Source: a virus. Taken from it: a stretch of DNA of 64,000 nt. This document shows positions 39,071-48,949 of the stretch, piece by piece (within the stretch, counting starts at the first letter, position 1; each line of letters begins with the position of its first letter). The stretch lies in IMG/VR virus record IMGVR_UViG_3300017706_001340, positions 1 to 64,000 of that record, one strand, 5' to 3'. The notes under the pieces are model-generated. The model did not search any database, was not told the origin of the DNA, and saw only the letters and a list, made by a program, of their open reading frames with translations. Made by a program: the position numbers and the translations under genes.

Positions 39071-40142
39071 TAAAGATGTTCTCAAAGTTTTCGAAAAGCT
39101 CGAGAAACTAAATCCAGAAGCGAAATTTCTATCTGAAAGTGCACTAAGCACAGTAAGTGATTATGTTGACACAGGATGTATGGTGTTGAATGCTATCATT
39201 TCCGGTAGTTTGTATGGAGGTGTACCTATGGGTCGTATCACAGGTTTCAGTGGACCTAGTGCCGCGGGAAAAACATACATTATAAACAAGATACTAGCTA
39301 ATGGTCAGAAGAAGGGTATGATACCCGTGATATTTGATACTGAAGCTGCTGTTGATGCTAGTAGTACAGTAGGTGTGGGTTTAGATAACGAACAAGTCAA
39401 ATATGTGCCTGTTCAGACAGTAGAGGATTGTAGGAATCAAATATCTGCTTTCTTGGACGGTGTGATCGATACTAAGATGAGAGATAAATTCATCATCAGT
39501 ATTGACAGTCTCGGGAACCTTGCAAGTCAAAAAGAGATTGATGATGCCGAGAAAGGCAAAACAGCAATGGACATGGGAACAAGAGCCAAAGGTCTCAAGA
39601 GTATGATGAGATTACTAACATTCAAAGCAGCTCAAGCTGGTGTCACTATATTATTTAGTAATCATACATATGATGACCCAAGCGCCATGTTCCCTACGCT
39701 CGTCAAGGCACAGAGTGGCGGTAAAGGTCCAGTGTATCTCGCAAGTGTACTTGTACAACTCGCTAAGCGTGATGAAAAGCATGATGCTAACAGAGGTGAT
39801 TCGGATGAATTGCTACCAGAAGCCAATAAAGTTAGTGGAACAACATTACGTGCACTGACGGTCAAGAATCGATTTGTACCGCCATTCCTAGAATGTGAGG
39901 CGTATCTAAACTTCCGTAAAGGTCTTGATAAATACAGCGGACTTAAGGAGATGGCTGTAAATCATGGAGTGATAATTCAGACTGGTAGTACATTCACCAT
40001 GCCAGAATCAAAAGAAGGTGCACCTGGTAAAAAGTTAGGGTATTACAAGAACTGGAAGAGTGATGAATCACTATGGGAAGAGTATATACTTCCGGAGTTA
40101 GAAAAAAAGCTCAAGGCGCAATATAGCTATAGTGTGGATTAA
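39054..40142 (+). CDS. uvsX: RecA-like recombinase UvsX
   Basis: 'DTG...LNAIISG', 'GPSAAGKT', 'FDTE', 'IDSLGNL', 'NHTY', 'SGG', 'KNRF'. Confidence 0.93.
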   Translation: MMTKIDKDVLKVFEKLEKLNPEAKFLSESALSTVSDYVDTGCMVLNAIISGSLYGGVPMGRITGFSGPSAAGKTYIINKILANGQKKGMIPVIFDTEAAVDASSTVGVGLDNEQVKYVPVQTVEDCRNQISAFLDGVIDTKMRDKFIISIDSLGNLASQKEIDDAEKGKTAMDMGTRAKGLKSMMRLLTFKAAQAGVTILFSNHTYDDPSAMFPTLVKAQSGGKGPVYLASVLVQLAKRDEKHDANRGDSDELLPEANKVSGTTLRALTVKNRFVPPFLECEAYLNFRKGLDKYSGLKEMAVNHGVIIQTGSTFTMPESKEGAPGKKLGYYKNWKSDESLWEEYILPELEKKLKAQYSYSVD

Positions 40143-41671
40143 ATTGGTGTTTCAGCACTACTTAAATACCGTCTAAAAGCTTGTTCATAGCCACGACTAC
40201 CGGGTCTCATCTGCATTTTGTCGCGAGGTGATAAGGATTTCTCAAATTCATCTCTATGATACTCGTCCGCACCACTTCTCTGAAACATTGTCTCCTCTTG
40301 ATCTGGGTTGTATGGTAACTCTTGTTCGGGTGGTGTTGCAGTAACTGTATCATCCGGAGTTTCTGGAGCGACTTCCGGAGGAGCGGTCACTGGCGCGGTA
40401 GTTGCGTTTGAATCTTGTGGTGGTACGCTTTGTGGATCAACCTCAGGGTTAGTGACAGCAGCTTCACCGCCACCCATCATTGCCTCGGCACCTCCAGCTA
40501 ATGCCCCTGCTCCAGCGGCCATCGCACCGGTTTTACCAGCTTGGTTCAAGCCACCCATGACTCTGTCTCCGATTCCACCTTGTGTAGTTGCGGCACCCTT
40601 GACAAAACCAATCCCGGCACCGGCTATGCCAGTTTTTAATGCTGGTAATGCGATAGCTGCAGTTGCTGGGTTGGTCATCATCAAACCTAAGACACCAATA
40701 GCAACTGCGCCTGTTAAAATGCCTTTGTTATTTTTCAAAAAGCTCCATATTTTCCCTAATACACCTTGACCTCCTTGAATAGCGTTCGGGTCAATTGGTG
40801 TAACATCTGCATCCGGTGTAGCTTGTGGTGGTCCACTCGTTGTTGGAACATCCGATGCAGGTGCTTCTGGTGCAGGTGCTTCTGGTGCAGGTGCTTCTGG
40901 TGCAGGTGCTTCTGGTGCAGGTGCTTCTGGTGCAGGTGTGGCTTGTGATTGTGTGGCCTGTGATTGTGCTTTTACAAAATTCTGAAACCTTTTGTTTATC
41001 TTGTATAGTTGTGGAAACACTTCTCCCTTGCTACCACCTGGAGCACTTTTAGCAAGCTGATCTATTTGCTTTGCTATTGTTTTATTCTCATTGATGGAAT
41101 CTGACACTGGCATCCATGGACATTCGTCTGGCTGGTTCGCTTCACTAAAAAGTGTATTTATTGTGTTAGTATAGTATCTCTCTTGTATCACTTGTGAGTG
41201 TTGTGATGTAATCAAACCTGTATCAACAAGAGCTTCACAAATCATGTCATTCATTTGGAATTGATATGTATATGCCTCTGCCGCAGTTCCGGCTTCCGTA
41301 CCTGTTGGTGTTGATTGGATTTGTTGTTGTACACTCGGATCACCTTCAGTTTGAGCTAGTGCAGCAATCGCCTCTGGTCCCTGATCCACAGCACCTGCAA
41401 CTTTTTGTGCTGCAGCCGGATCCTTCGCAAGTGCACCAACCAACATATCGATCACTGGTTTGAGTAGTTTCTGAGCCGCGAAATTTTTAACTTTACCAAA
41501 TGCACCCTTGACACCATCCATCAATCCTTCGTTCATTAAAAATTGCTCTATATACTTGAGATCCGCTTCCAGTAAGTCCTCCATCTTATACTTGATTTTA
41601 TGATCAACTCTGTTTTGAAGGCTCTCCCAGATCAGATCATTATCACTTGTATTGTATTTTTTTCTGTACAT
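40139..41671 (-). CDS. Late Pro/Ala/Gly-rich membrane-associated protein (candidate ejection/internal protein)
   Basis: Start MYRKKY at 41671 with TAAATA 5 nt upstream; hydrophobic 'GILTGAVAIGVLGLMM...IALPALKTGIAGAGIGFV', glycine-zipper segments and (PEAPA)n. Confidence 0.7.
   Translation of the reverse strand: MYRKKYNTSDNDLIWESLQNRVDHKIKYKMEDLLEADLKYIEQFLMNEGLMDGVKGAFGKVKNFAAQKLLKPVIDMLVGALAKDPAAAQKVAGAVDQGPEAIAALAQTEGDPSVQQQIQSTPTGTEAGTAAEAYTYQFQMNDMICEALVDTGLITSQHSQVIQERYYTNTINTLFSEANQPDECPWMPVSDSINENKTIAKQIDQLAKSAPGGSKGEVFPQLYKINKRFQNFVKAQSQATQSQATPAPEAPAPEAPAPEAPAPEAPAPEAPASDVPTTSGPPQATPDADVTPIDPNAIQGGQGVLGKIWSFLKNNKGILTGAVAIGVLGLMMTNPATAAIALPALKTGIAGAGIGFVKGAATTQGGIGDRVMGGLNQAGKTGAMAAGAGALAGGAEAMMGGGEAAVTNPEVDPQSVPPQDSNATTAPVTAPPEVAPETPDDTVTATPPEQELPYNPDQEETMFQRSGADEYHRDEFEKSLSPRDKMQMRPGSRGYEQAFRRYLSSAETPI
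40856..40938. repeat. 15-bp tandem repeat (TGCAGGTGCTTCTGG) x5 encoding PEAPA
   Basis: Perfect repeats are directly visible. Confidence 0.95.
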
Positions 41672-41676
41672 ACATT

Positions 41677-41713
41677 TATTTATGTTGGACATTTCTATTT
41701 TATATAGTATAAT
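41677..41713. promoter_or_regulatory. Back-to-back late (minus) and sigma70 (plus) promoters
   Basis: TAAATA on minus at 41677-41682; TTGGAC-N17-TATAAT at 41685-41713 upstream of queC. Confidence 0.75.
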
Positions 41714-41722
41714 ATGTGTTAT

Positions 41723-42436
41723 ATGGAAAAGTGTATTGTACCGATCAGTGGAGGTTTAGACTCAACAACCATCTTATACATGGCCAAAGCAAGAAACATG
41801 CAAATACATGCAGTTAGTTTCAATTACGGTCAACGACACATGGACAGTGAATTAGCGTGTGCACAACATCATGTGAATAAAGTGGGTGTGGAGAGTTGGA
41901 AAGTTCTAGATATCACCTTCTTCAAGGAAATTGCAAACACGAGCTCATTGACAAATAGCGATATAGATGTTGCTGATGCACGTGATGTTGTGGGTGATCC
42001 TCAGACAGTTAATTATGTCCCAAACCGCAACATGATGATGTTGAGTATATGTGCTGCATATGCTGAAAGTCTTCAAGCTGAAACTGTGTTTCACGGAGCT
42101 GCTCTTGTTGATAGCCAGGCTGGTTTCTGGGATGGTAGTGTAGAGTTCTTAGAGTATATAAACAATCTACTGTCCTTGAATCGCCGAGATCGAGTCAAGG
42201 TGGAGTGTCCTTTGATTGAGCTATCTAAAGAGCAAATTATACACAAGGCTGTGTCACTTGGAGTTGATGTCTCTAAAACATGGACGTGTTACAGAGGTGG
42301 CGAACGACCATGTGGTTATTGTACGGCTTGTAGTTCTCGTATCGCTGGATTCATGTCTGCTGGCTATATAGATCCATTGGATTATCAGAGAACAGACATA
42401 CCATGGAGTGGTCAGCAACCAATATCAGCACTATAG
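41723..42436 (+). CDS. queC: 7-cyano-7-deazaguanine synthase
   Basis: 'SGGLDST', 'FNYGQRH', 'YVPNRN', 'TWTCY...CGYCTACSSR'; start 41723 (or 41714). Confidence 0.95.
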   Translation: MEKCIVPISGGLDSTTILYMAKARNMQIHAVSFNYGQRHMDSELACAQHHVNKVGVESWKVLDITFFKEIANTSSLTNSDIDVADARDVVGDPQTVNYVPNRNMMMLSICAAYAESLQAETVFHGAALVDSQAGFWDGSVEFLEYINNLLSLNRRDRVKVECPLIELSKEQIIHKAVSLGVDVSKTWTCYRGGERPCGYCTACSSRIAGFMSAGYIDPLDYQRTDIPWSGQQPISAL

Positions 42437-42439
42437 TAT

Positions 42440-43165
42440 ATGTGTGGTATATTTGGTAGTTTCAACTTCCGGCGGTTCGAACAGCTGTACGAAGCAAACC
42501 GGAAGCGTGGTGACTTTGCGGTTGGTACGATGTATATAACTAAAAATGCATCCCCAGGTATGGCGAAAAATACCTGGTTGAGAAAGAAGCAAGGTATAGT
42601 TGATCTCACTAGTCATTATTCTTTTAAGAATGATTACGATCAATACCTGGGTCACACACAAGCACCAACAAGTATTAACCGTGAATTTAGTCCGGAGACA
42701 ACACATCCATTTGATAGTATACATTATCAAGTAGCACATAACGGTGTACTGAGCAACCATAAGCAGCTTGGAGAGGATCTACTAGACGCGTGGTGGAGGG
42801 ACGATTGTGTTGATAGTGAGATCATACCAGGATTATTATCCGTCAATGTTGAGTTTGATGAAGATATCATATTGAGCTATCAAAATGATACCGGAAAAAC
42901 TGAGGATGTGTTGACAGTTGAGAAAACATGCAGCATGCTGAAGGGTACATTTGGTTTGTGGGTGTACAGTAAACTAACAGGTGATACATTTATCGTTCGC
43001 AACGGTTGCACGTTATTTGGAAACATTGAATCTGGTGATTTTAGTAGTGTGCCTATCGCTGGTATTTGTGAAGAACCTCTGAAGGAAGGTGTAGTGTACT
43101 GCGTGACATGTGAAGGGTTAACAGAGTGTGGAGAGTTCGAATCAAGTAGTCCATTTTTTTTATGA
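42440..43165 (+). CDS. Class II (Ntn) glutamine amidotransferase, Gat partner of QueC
   Basis: N-terminal 'MCGIFG', 'RG', 'GHTQAPT', 'HPF', 'AHNG', 'DSE'; starts 3 nt after the queC stop. Confidence 0.85.
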   Translation: MCGIFGSFNFRRFEQLYEANRKRGDFAVGTMYITKNASPGMAKNTWLRKKQGIVDLTSHYSFKNDYDQYLGHTQAPTSINREFSPETTHPFDSIHYQVAHNGVLSNHKQLGEDLLDAWWRDDCVDSEIIPGLLSVNVEFDEDIILSYQNDTGKTEDVLTVEKTCSMLKGTFGLWVYSKLTGDTFIVRNGCTLFGNIESGDFSSVPIAGICEEPLKEGVVYCVTCEGLTECGEFESSSPFFL

Positions 43166-43845
43166 ATAAGAACAAGAAAATTTTAATTGTAACATGCTCG
43201 AAAGATGACGGTAAAAAGTCACAGCTAGTCCAATCACTAGATGCAATACGAGATGACATATCATTAATAATAAACGCAAACAACAAGGCAGGATTGTCAG
43301 AAACTTACAACAGACAGCTAAAGCCGGAAAATCTCATAAAGCATGACATTGTGTTATTTGTACATGATGATGTGTTCATTGATGATGTCAAGCTAAGAGG
43401 TAAATTGTATGTAGCGATGGAGTCATTAAAGTATGATATTGTAGGTCTAGCTGGTGCTAGTAAGATGAAGATAGGAAACCCGGCGTTATGGCATCAAATG
43501 TCGCCCCGGGAATCATGGAGCGGTGCCGTGTCACACCCTGTAGGTGATAAGCAATTGAATATAACTAGTTTCGGACCATGGCCAGCAAGATGTTTAGTAT
43601 TGGACGGATTGTTTCTTGCAGTCAACTTGGCGAGAGTATTGGAGATTGGATGGAGATTTAACGAAGATTATAAATATCATCATTATGATATAGCTAGTTG
43701 TTTAGATGCGAACAAAGTTAAGCTCAAGATGGGAACATATCCAATCAATGTGACTCACAGCAGCCCCGGACTGAGAGACATCAACGACGAATCATTCCAA
43801 AGATCACAACAAACATTTATACGTAATTATTCAGATGTCAGTTAA
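43162..43845 (+). CDS. GT2-like glycosyltransferase
   Basis: 'GLS..YN', 'FVHDDV', 'GLAG', 'LDGLF', 'HHYD', 'H.SPG'. Confidence 0.75.
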   Translation: MNKNKKILIVTCSKDDGKKSQLVQSLDAIRDDISLIINANNKAGLSETYNRQLKPENLIKHDIVLFVHDDVFIDDVKLRGKLYVAMESLKYDIVGLAGASKMKIGNPALWHQMSPRESWSGAVSHPVGDKQLNITSFGPWPARCLVLDGLFLAVNLARVLEIGWRFNEDYKYHHYDIASCLDANKVKLKMGTYPINVTHSSPGLRDINDESFQRSQQTFIRNYSDVS

Positions 43846-45163
43846 TCAATTAGATAGTGAGTTCTATGAAACGATCATCGCATACAACATGTTGTTGGAT
43901 GAACCATATCTCGCGAGTATAATTGACCATCTTGATGAAAGATTCTTCGAGAATAAAAATATAGCTAATATTGTTAAGATAATAACAGAGTTTTATAATC
44001 GCAGAAGTGTTGCTCCGACACTGACTGAGATCAAGAGCTATCTTATCGATGATAAACTCAAGATGAGTTTCAAATCTGTTGTTAGTATGTTTGATGAGAT
44101 TGATAAGAACTTTAATAAGACTGAATTGTATGAAAACACAGAGAAATTTTTAAAAGAAAAGTCTGTGTACCATACACTATTAGAGGTCGCAGATCAAACA
44201 GGTGATGAGATGAACACTGGTGAGATACTACATAAATTTGAGAAAGCTTGTAGTGTGACATTAGCCGCTGATTTAGGTTTAGATTATATTGATGAGATAG
44301 ATAGACACATAAACGACTTGAAGACGATCGATAGTACAATCTCATGCGGATGGCCGTGGTTGGATAGAAAAATGGATGGTGGTTTCTTGGAACAAGGTCG
44401 AGCAATATATGTTTTCGCTGGTGAGACAAATATCGGTAAGAGTATATTTCTTGGTAACATCGCGAAAAATATTGCCGATCAAGGGAAAACAGTACTGTTG
44501 ATAAGCTTGGAGATGAGTGAGCTGGTTTACGCTAAAAGAATTACTACTAATTTGACACAGATACCAATAAGAGATTTACACTCCCGTACAGATGATATCG
44601 AGTCAGCGGTAAAACAATACAAACAACGTAACAGTAAATCCAAAGTCATCGTAAAGGAGTTTCCTCCGAGTACAGTAACATGCAAGCATCTCAAGGGATA
44701 TATAAAAAAATTAACTGACCGAGGTGTGAAGTTAGATGCTATTGTGGTAGATTACGTAAATTTACTTAAAAGTGACCTAGGTACAAACAGCTATGAGCGG
44801 ATAAAATATGCTACTGAAGAACTGCGAGCTTTAAGTTATGTGTTTGAGTGTCCCGTCATAACAGCAACACAATTGAATCGCTCTGGTTATAGTGAGGTCA
44901 ATCCAGGGTTGGATACCGTTGGAGAGAGTTATGGTTTAGCAGCAACAGCAGATGCAATCTTTAGTATATGGAGAGAGGAAGAAGATATTGAAGCTGGTGT
45001 ACTAAAATTAGGAGTCATGAAGAATAGATTTGGTGAGAATTACGGTAGTGTCATAATGGAGATTGATTACGATACATTGACACTAAAGGAAGCTAGTGAA
45101 CAGGTACAAAATATCGACATGACAGACACGATAAACAGCCTGGATCTACTCAATAACAGTTGA
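43835..45163 (+). CDS. gp41: Replicative DNA helicase (gp41, DnaB-like)
   Basis: 'GETNIGKS', 'SLEMSE', 'KEFP', 'VDYVN', 'TATQLNR', 'ESYGL', 'KNRFG'. Confidence 0.95.
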   Translation: MSVNQLDSEFYETIIAYNMLLDEPYLASIIDHLDERFFENKNIANIVKIITEFYNRRSVAPTLTEIKSYLIDDKLKMSFKSVVSMFDEIDKNFNKTELYENTEKFLKEKSVYHTLLEVADQTGDEMNTGEILHKFEKACSVTLAADLGLDYIDEIDRHINDLKTIDSTISCGWPWLDRKMDGGFLEQGRAIYVFAGETNIGKSIFLGNIAKNIADQGKTVLLISLEMSELVYAKRITTNLTQIPIRDLHSRTDDIESAVKQYKQRNSKSKVIVKEFPPSTVTCKHLKGYIKKLTDRGVKLDAIVVDYVNLLKSDLGTNSYERIKYATEELRALSYVFECPVITATQLNRSGYSEVNPGLDTVGESYGLAATADAIFSIWREEEDIEAGVLKLGVMKNRFGENYGSVIMEIDYDTLTLKEASEQVQNIDMTDTINSLDLLNNS

Positions 45164-45196
45164 TTGTTTTTTTACTGTTAATAAATAAATTAAATA

Positions 45197-46096
45197 GTGA
45201 AAAAGATAGCTGTATTTACTGATTGCGACCTGGATGGACTTAGCTGTATGTCTGTTTTCCGATGGTTTACAAACACAAAGATGGATCACCAGATATGTTC
45301 TCAATCCAACTTCAGAAAAACATTTACCCGATGGTGTCAGAGAAATCGACCAGAGACGTTTGATAAGATTTACATCTTTGATCTTGATGTGTCACAATCT
45401 AATATTGACCTTGTTGATCATCATAATTTCACTATAATAGATCACCATGACACACATGTGGCTAACAAGGATAAGTATAAAAATGCAAGTGTGATATTGA
45501 AGGACTATAGTAGTTGTTGTAAGCTGATATATCACCTCATGGTCAAGAAGTATCCAGATAAAGTTTTAGATGATACTCAACGATTATTAGTTCTACTAGC
45601 AGATGATTATGATAGTTATGAGTTGAAATTAAAAGACTCGTATAGTCTGAATGTGATTGTGTGGAATTATGTTGGAGATAGAGCAGAACAATTTCAACGA
45701 GATTTTGGTGACGGATTCAAGGGATTTAACGAATCACACTTGAACATGATACACTTGAACAACAAACAGGTCAATCGCATATTGTCGGAGCTTGAGATAT
45801 ACAGTGGAGAGATACCTATAAATGGTAGAATGTATAAAATATATGCCACGATGGCAGACAAGAGTCTGAACGAGGTAGCACACCATGTAATCAACAGCTA
45901 TGATTGTGAGATTTGTTTGGTGATGAATTTGAGAACAAAAAGGGTTAGCTTCAGAAAGAATAAAGAAAAAATTCCAGACCTGGATTTAGGTAAGCTGGCT
46001 CAAAACATTGCAGAAGGTGGAGGTCATGTACATTCATCCGGAGGGCAAATAACAGATAATATTTTAACAGTAACAAAAATGTTACAACCAGTATAA
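45197..46096 (+). CDS. DHH-family phosphoesterase
   Basis: 'D.DLDG', 'FDL', 'IIDHH', 'DDYD', 'GGGH'. Confidence 0.85.
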   Translation: MKKIAVFTDCDLDGLSCMSVFRWFTNTKMDHQICSQSNFRKTFTRWCQRNRPETFDKIYIFDLDVSQSNIDLVDHHNFTIIDHHDTHVANKDKYKNASVILKDYSSCCKLIYHLMVKKYPDKVLDDTQRLLVLLADDYDSYELKLKDSYSLNVIVWNYVGDRAEQFQRDFGDGFKGFNESHLNMIHLNNKQVNRILSELEIYSGEIPINGRMYKIYATMADKSLNEVAHHVINSYDCEICLVMNLRTKRVSFRKNKEKIPDLDLGKLAQNIAEGGGHVHSSGGQITDNILTVTKMLQPV

Positions 46097-46407
46097 TGGC
46101 ATCTTATATTAAAGGTTCAATCTCTCAAACAGATCCTGTTGAGGTAGCGTATGAAAATGAGTATGTACATTTGTTCTTAAGCTTTTGCTCGTATGTATGT
46201 ATTGTTAAAAATAAGAAGTTAAACCTACCTAACATATTTTTGTGTCTGTTGAGAGAACCGGAGTTGAGAGATATATTCAAGATGCTCGTCGATGTGGAGA
46301 CTGATTATGATGTGCTGAAGTGTTTTCTTGATCATGACCCGACCTTACATCGCTCAAAATATATTCGCAATTTCTTGATACAAAATCCGACTCTAAATGT
46401 TAAATGA
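46096..46407 (+). CDS. Hypothetical protein
   Basis: Coupled ORF in the replication cluster. Confidence 0.65.
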   Translation: MASYIKGSISQTDPVEVAYENEYVHLFLSFCSYVCIVKNKKLNLPNIFLCLLREPELRDIFKMLVDVETDYDVLKCFLDHDPTLHRSKYIRNFLIQNPTLNVK

Positions 46408-46745
46408 CAGAATTAGAGAAGAGAATATATAACTGTTGGTTAGCGACTACGAGATCAAAAACAAACAAACCATTTAAGCTGCGTAAAAAGTGGGATGGTT
46501 TTGAGGATAAGATTGAATACAATTATGTAAAAAAAGTTGCATCTATACTTAAGAGATACGATAATATTAATATTGATGATTGGTTCAACGCACCTTATGA
46601 CTTATACCCTGAACAACATGTTGCATACGACTTGCAATTTTACAGCACTATGAAAGCATTCGCATGCTACAGAATCAACAAACAAAAAACAGAAAAACTA
46701 ACACACGACGAATTCTATAAAACGATTAAAAAAACAAGTTGCTAA
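46404..46745 (+). CDS. Hypothetical protein (position of gp59-like loader)
   Basis: Basic, aromatic-rich ORF immediately upstream of gp32; the functional hint is from synteny only. Confidence 0.55.
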   Translation: MTELEKRIYNCWLATTRSKTNKPFKLRKKWDGFEDKIEYNYVKKVASILKRYDNINIDDWFNAPYDLYPEQHVAYDLQFYSTMKAFACYRINKQKTEKLTHDEFYKTIKKTSC

Positions 46746-46767
46746 AGAGACAAATATAATATAAAAT
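46739..46767 (+). promoter_or_regulatory. sigma70-type promoter of gp32
   Basis: TTGCTA-N17-TAAAAT, 8 nt to ATG 46776. Confidence 0.55.
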
Positions 46768-46775
46768 AAATTAAA

Positions 46776-47660
46776 ATGAGTACATTCACAAAATCCATGT
46801 TCGCGAGTATCAAAGATGCTCTAACAAAAGAAGGTAGTAGTAATAAGACTGCAGATATAATGAGAACCAAACCAGGTAATTCATATGAGGTAAGATTATT
46901 ACCTAACGTTGAAGATCCAAGTAAGACCTTTTATCATTACTTTAGTCATGGTTGGACTAGTTTCAGTACTGGTCAGTATGTCTCAGCATTGAGTCCTATG
47001 ACTTGGGGTGATAGAGATCCAATTTCTGAATACAGGCTCAAAGTTTATAGAGGTGGTTCTCCGGAAGAAAAGGCTAAGTCGGATTCAATCTTCCGGAGAG
47101 AGAATTGGCTAGTTAATGCGTATGTTGTGAATGATCCTGATGATCCTGAGAACAATGATACAGTGAAAATTTTGCGCTTTGGTAAACAATTACATAAGAT
47201 CATCATGGAGGGTATTACTGGTGAGGATTCAGATCAGTTCGGTGAGAAAATTTTTGATCTATCTAGCAGTGGTTGTACATTCAGAGTGAGGTGTGAGAAG
47301 CAGGGTGATTATCCTACATATGTATCAAGTAAATTCTTGATGCCTGCGGAAATACCTGGCATGACTGACTCGAGAATTAAAGATGTGTATGATAGCTGCC
47401 ACACGCTTGATGATACGTTCAGATCAAAAACATATGAAGAGTTGAAGCAGATGTTAGATGAACATTTTCATTGTAAGGATCCTAGTGCAGTGGAAGATTC
47501 TCCAACAGTCACAGTCCCGTCGAGTGTCAGAGAGGATACTGATACAGAGGAAGAGGTTCCTATGGATTTTGGTGATAAATCGTCAAAATCATCTAATGAT
47601 GATGACCCACTTGAAGACGATAAGGTCAAGGAGTTGTTAGCTGGTTTAGATGATGTCTAA
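46776..47660 (+). CDS. gp32: Single-stranded DNA-binding protein (gp32-like)
   Basis: 'VRLLP', 'HG', 'N.YVVNDP..PENN..VKI.RFGK', 'FD...G..F' and an acidic tail. Confidence 0.88.
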   Translation: MSTFTKSMFASIKDALTKEGSSNKTADIMRTKPGNSYEVRLLPNVEDPSKTFYHYFSHGWTSFSTGQYVSALSPMTWGDRDPISEYRLKVYRGGSPEEKAKSDSIFRRENWLVNAYVVNDPDDPENNDTVKILRFGKQLHKIIMEGITGEDSDQFGEKIFDLSSSGCTFRVRCEKQGDYPTYVSSKFLMPAEIPGMTDSRIKDVYDSCHTLDDTFRSKTYEELKQMLDEHFHCKDPSAVEDSPTVTVPSSVREDTDTEEEVPMDFGDKSSKSSNDDDPLEDDKVKELLAGLDDV

Positions 47661-48228
47661 TACTGAAGAACAGTCAAATCCATACAATTATAGGGATCAT
47701 GAGAATGAATCCCCGATGGGTAGAGATGATGTATTGGCGGTTGCTAGTTTGTTTGGTCAGGTCGCTGGTTCTCTGAGTGAGATTGATAAAAATAATGTTG
47801 GTAGTGAGAGTGTGAATATAAAGGCAAAAAAAATTGACCCAAAAACAGCACTAAAGAATTACACTAATAGTGCAGTCGGTCAAACAACACCTCTACCAGC
47901 ACATCAACCGATATCAATACCAACTGAACCACAACAGCATGTTCAACAGGCTCAACCAGTCCAACAACCCCTACCAGTCATAACACAACAACATGTTGAT
48001 ACTGAGAATAATCTAGAGCGACGAGTGATCGAACTAGAAAAAATTGTTGAGACGTATCGGAGCATCGTCAAATTTAAGCGTGGTATTAGCTACAACATAA
48101 CAACAAGTAAGATATCTGGTACGTTCAAGGACATGAGTACAATTCTGGACATAATAACAGCAGAACTTGCAAAGCAGACAAAAAGCATTACAATAAAGCT
48201 TAATGACAACACTAAAAATAAGCGATAG
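47650..48228 (+). CDS. Hypothetical protein
   Basis: 192 aa with a Q/P-rich linker. Confidence 0.65.
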   Translation: MMSNTEEQSNPYNYRDHENESPMGRDDVLAVASLFGQVAGSLSEIDKNNVGSESVNIKAKKIDPKTALKNYTNSAVGQTTPLPAHQPISIPTEPQQHVQQAQPVQQPLPVITQQHVDTENNLERRVIELEKIVETYRSIVKFKRGISYNITTSKISGTFKDMSTILDIITAELAKQTKSITIKLNDNTKNKR

Positions 48229-48940
48229 AGCAACATTTATAAATAACTTCCTCTCACCTATAGGTAAACTGACTGAGAATACAGTCGTGAAAGTGAGAGA
48301 ACAAGAACTAGCTGCCGTTAGCTCGAGTAGTGACGGTACATTGATTGTGAATTGCTCCTTACCACAGCAAAACAGTGTATCGGATACGTTATTCCTGAAC
48401 ATACCTGACATCAATAAGTTGATAAAGGTGTTAGGTTGTGTTGAATCAGAAGAGATTGAACTGTTGTACAACAATAACAACTTAGAGTACAAGTCAGCAA
48501 ATGTTGGTTTCAAATATCACCTACTTGAAGATGGTATAATCGATCTACCATCTGTTGATATTAATAAAATACAAGGTATTGATTTTCCATTTAAATTTGA
48601 TGTACAACCAGCAATAATAAATCAGCTGATCAAAGCGAGTACATTCGTGACAGATACTAACAAAATATATTTCCATGTCAATGGTGATTCAGTTGATGCT
48701 ACACTAACCGATAAACAGAGACATAACGTAGATAGTTACACTCAGCAGATATCCGATCAATTCACCGGTGCTCCACTCACAAAGAATCTCGCGATGAACT
48801 TCGAAACAATCCGGATAATCAGTACTTTGAGATTTGACAGTCTGAGCATCCATGTAAATCCGGATTTAAACGTGTTTCTATTTCGTATAAATGTCAAGGG
48901 TTGTAATATAATCATTGTTTCTTCTGGTTACGTGGGATAA
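48203..48940 (+). CDS. gp45: Sliding clamp (gp45/PCNA-like)
   Basis: 245 aa with a two-domain alternating alpha/beta pattern ('LNIPDINKLIKVL', 'INQLIKAS') in the replication cluster. Confidence 0.65.
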   Translation: MTTLKISDRATFINNFLSPIGKLTENTVVKVREQELAAVSSSSDGTLIVNCSLPQQNSVSDTLFLNIPDINKLIKVLGCVESEEIELLYNNNNLEYKSANVGFKYHLLEDGIIDLPSVDINKIQGIDFPFKFDVQPAIINQLIKASTFVTDTNKIYFHVNGDSVDATLTDKQRHNVDSYTQQISDQFTGAPLTKNLAMNFETIRIISTLRFDSLSIHVNPDLNVFLFRINVKGCNIIIVSSGYVG

Positions 48941-48949
48941 ATCATATTA

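Noticed and set aside
40856-40938. Tandem repeat as a possible CRISPR array or origin iterons
   Set aside because: There are no spacers, and the 15-bp unit is in frame and encodes PEAPA.
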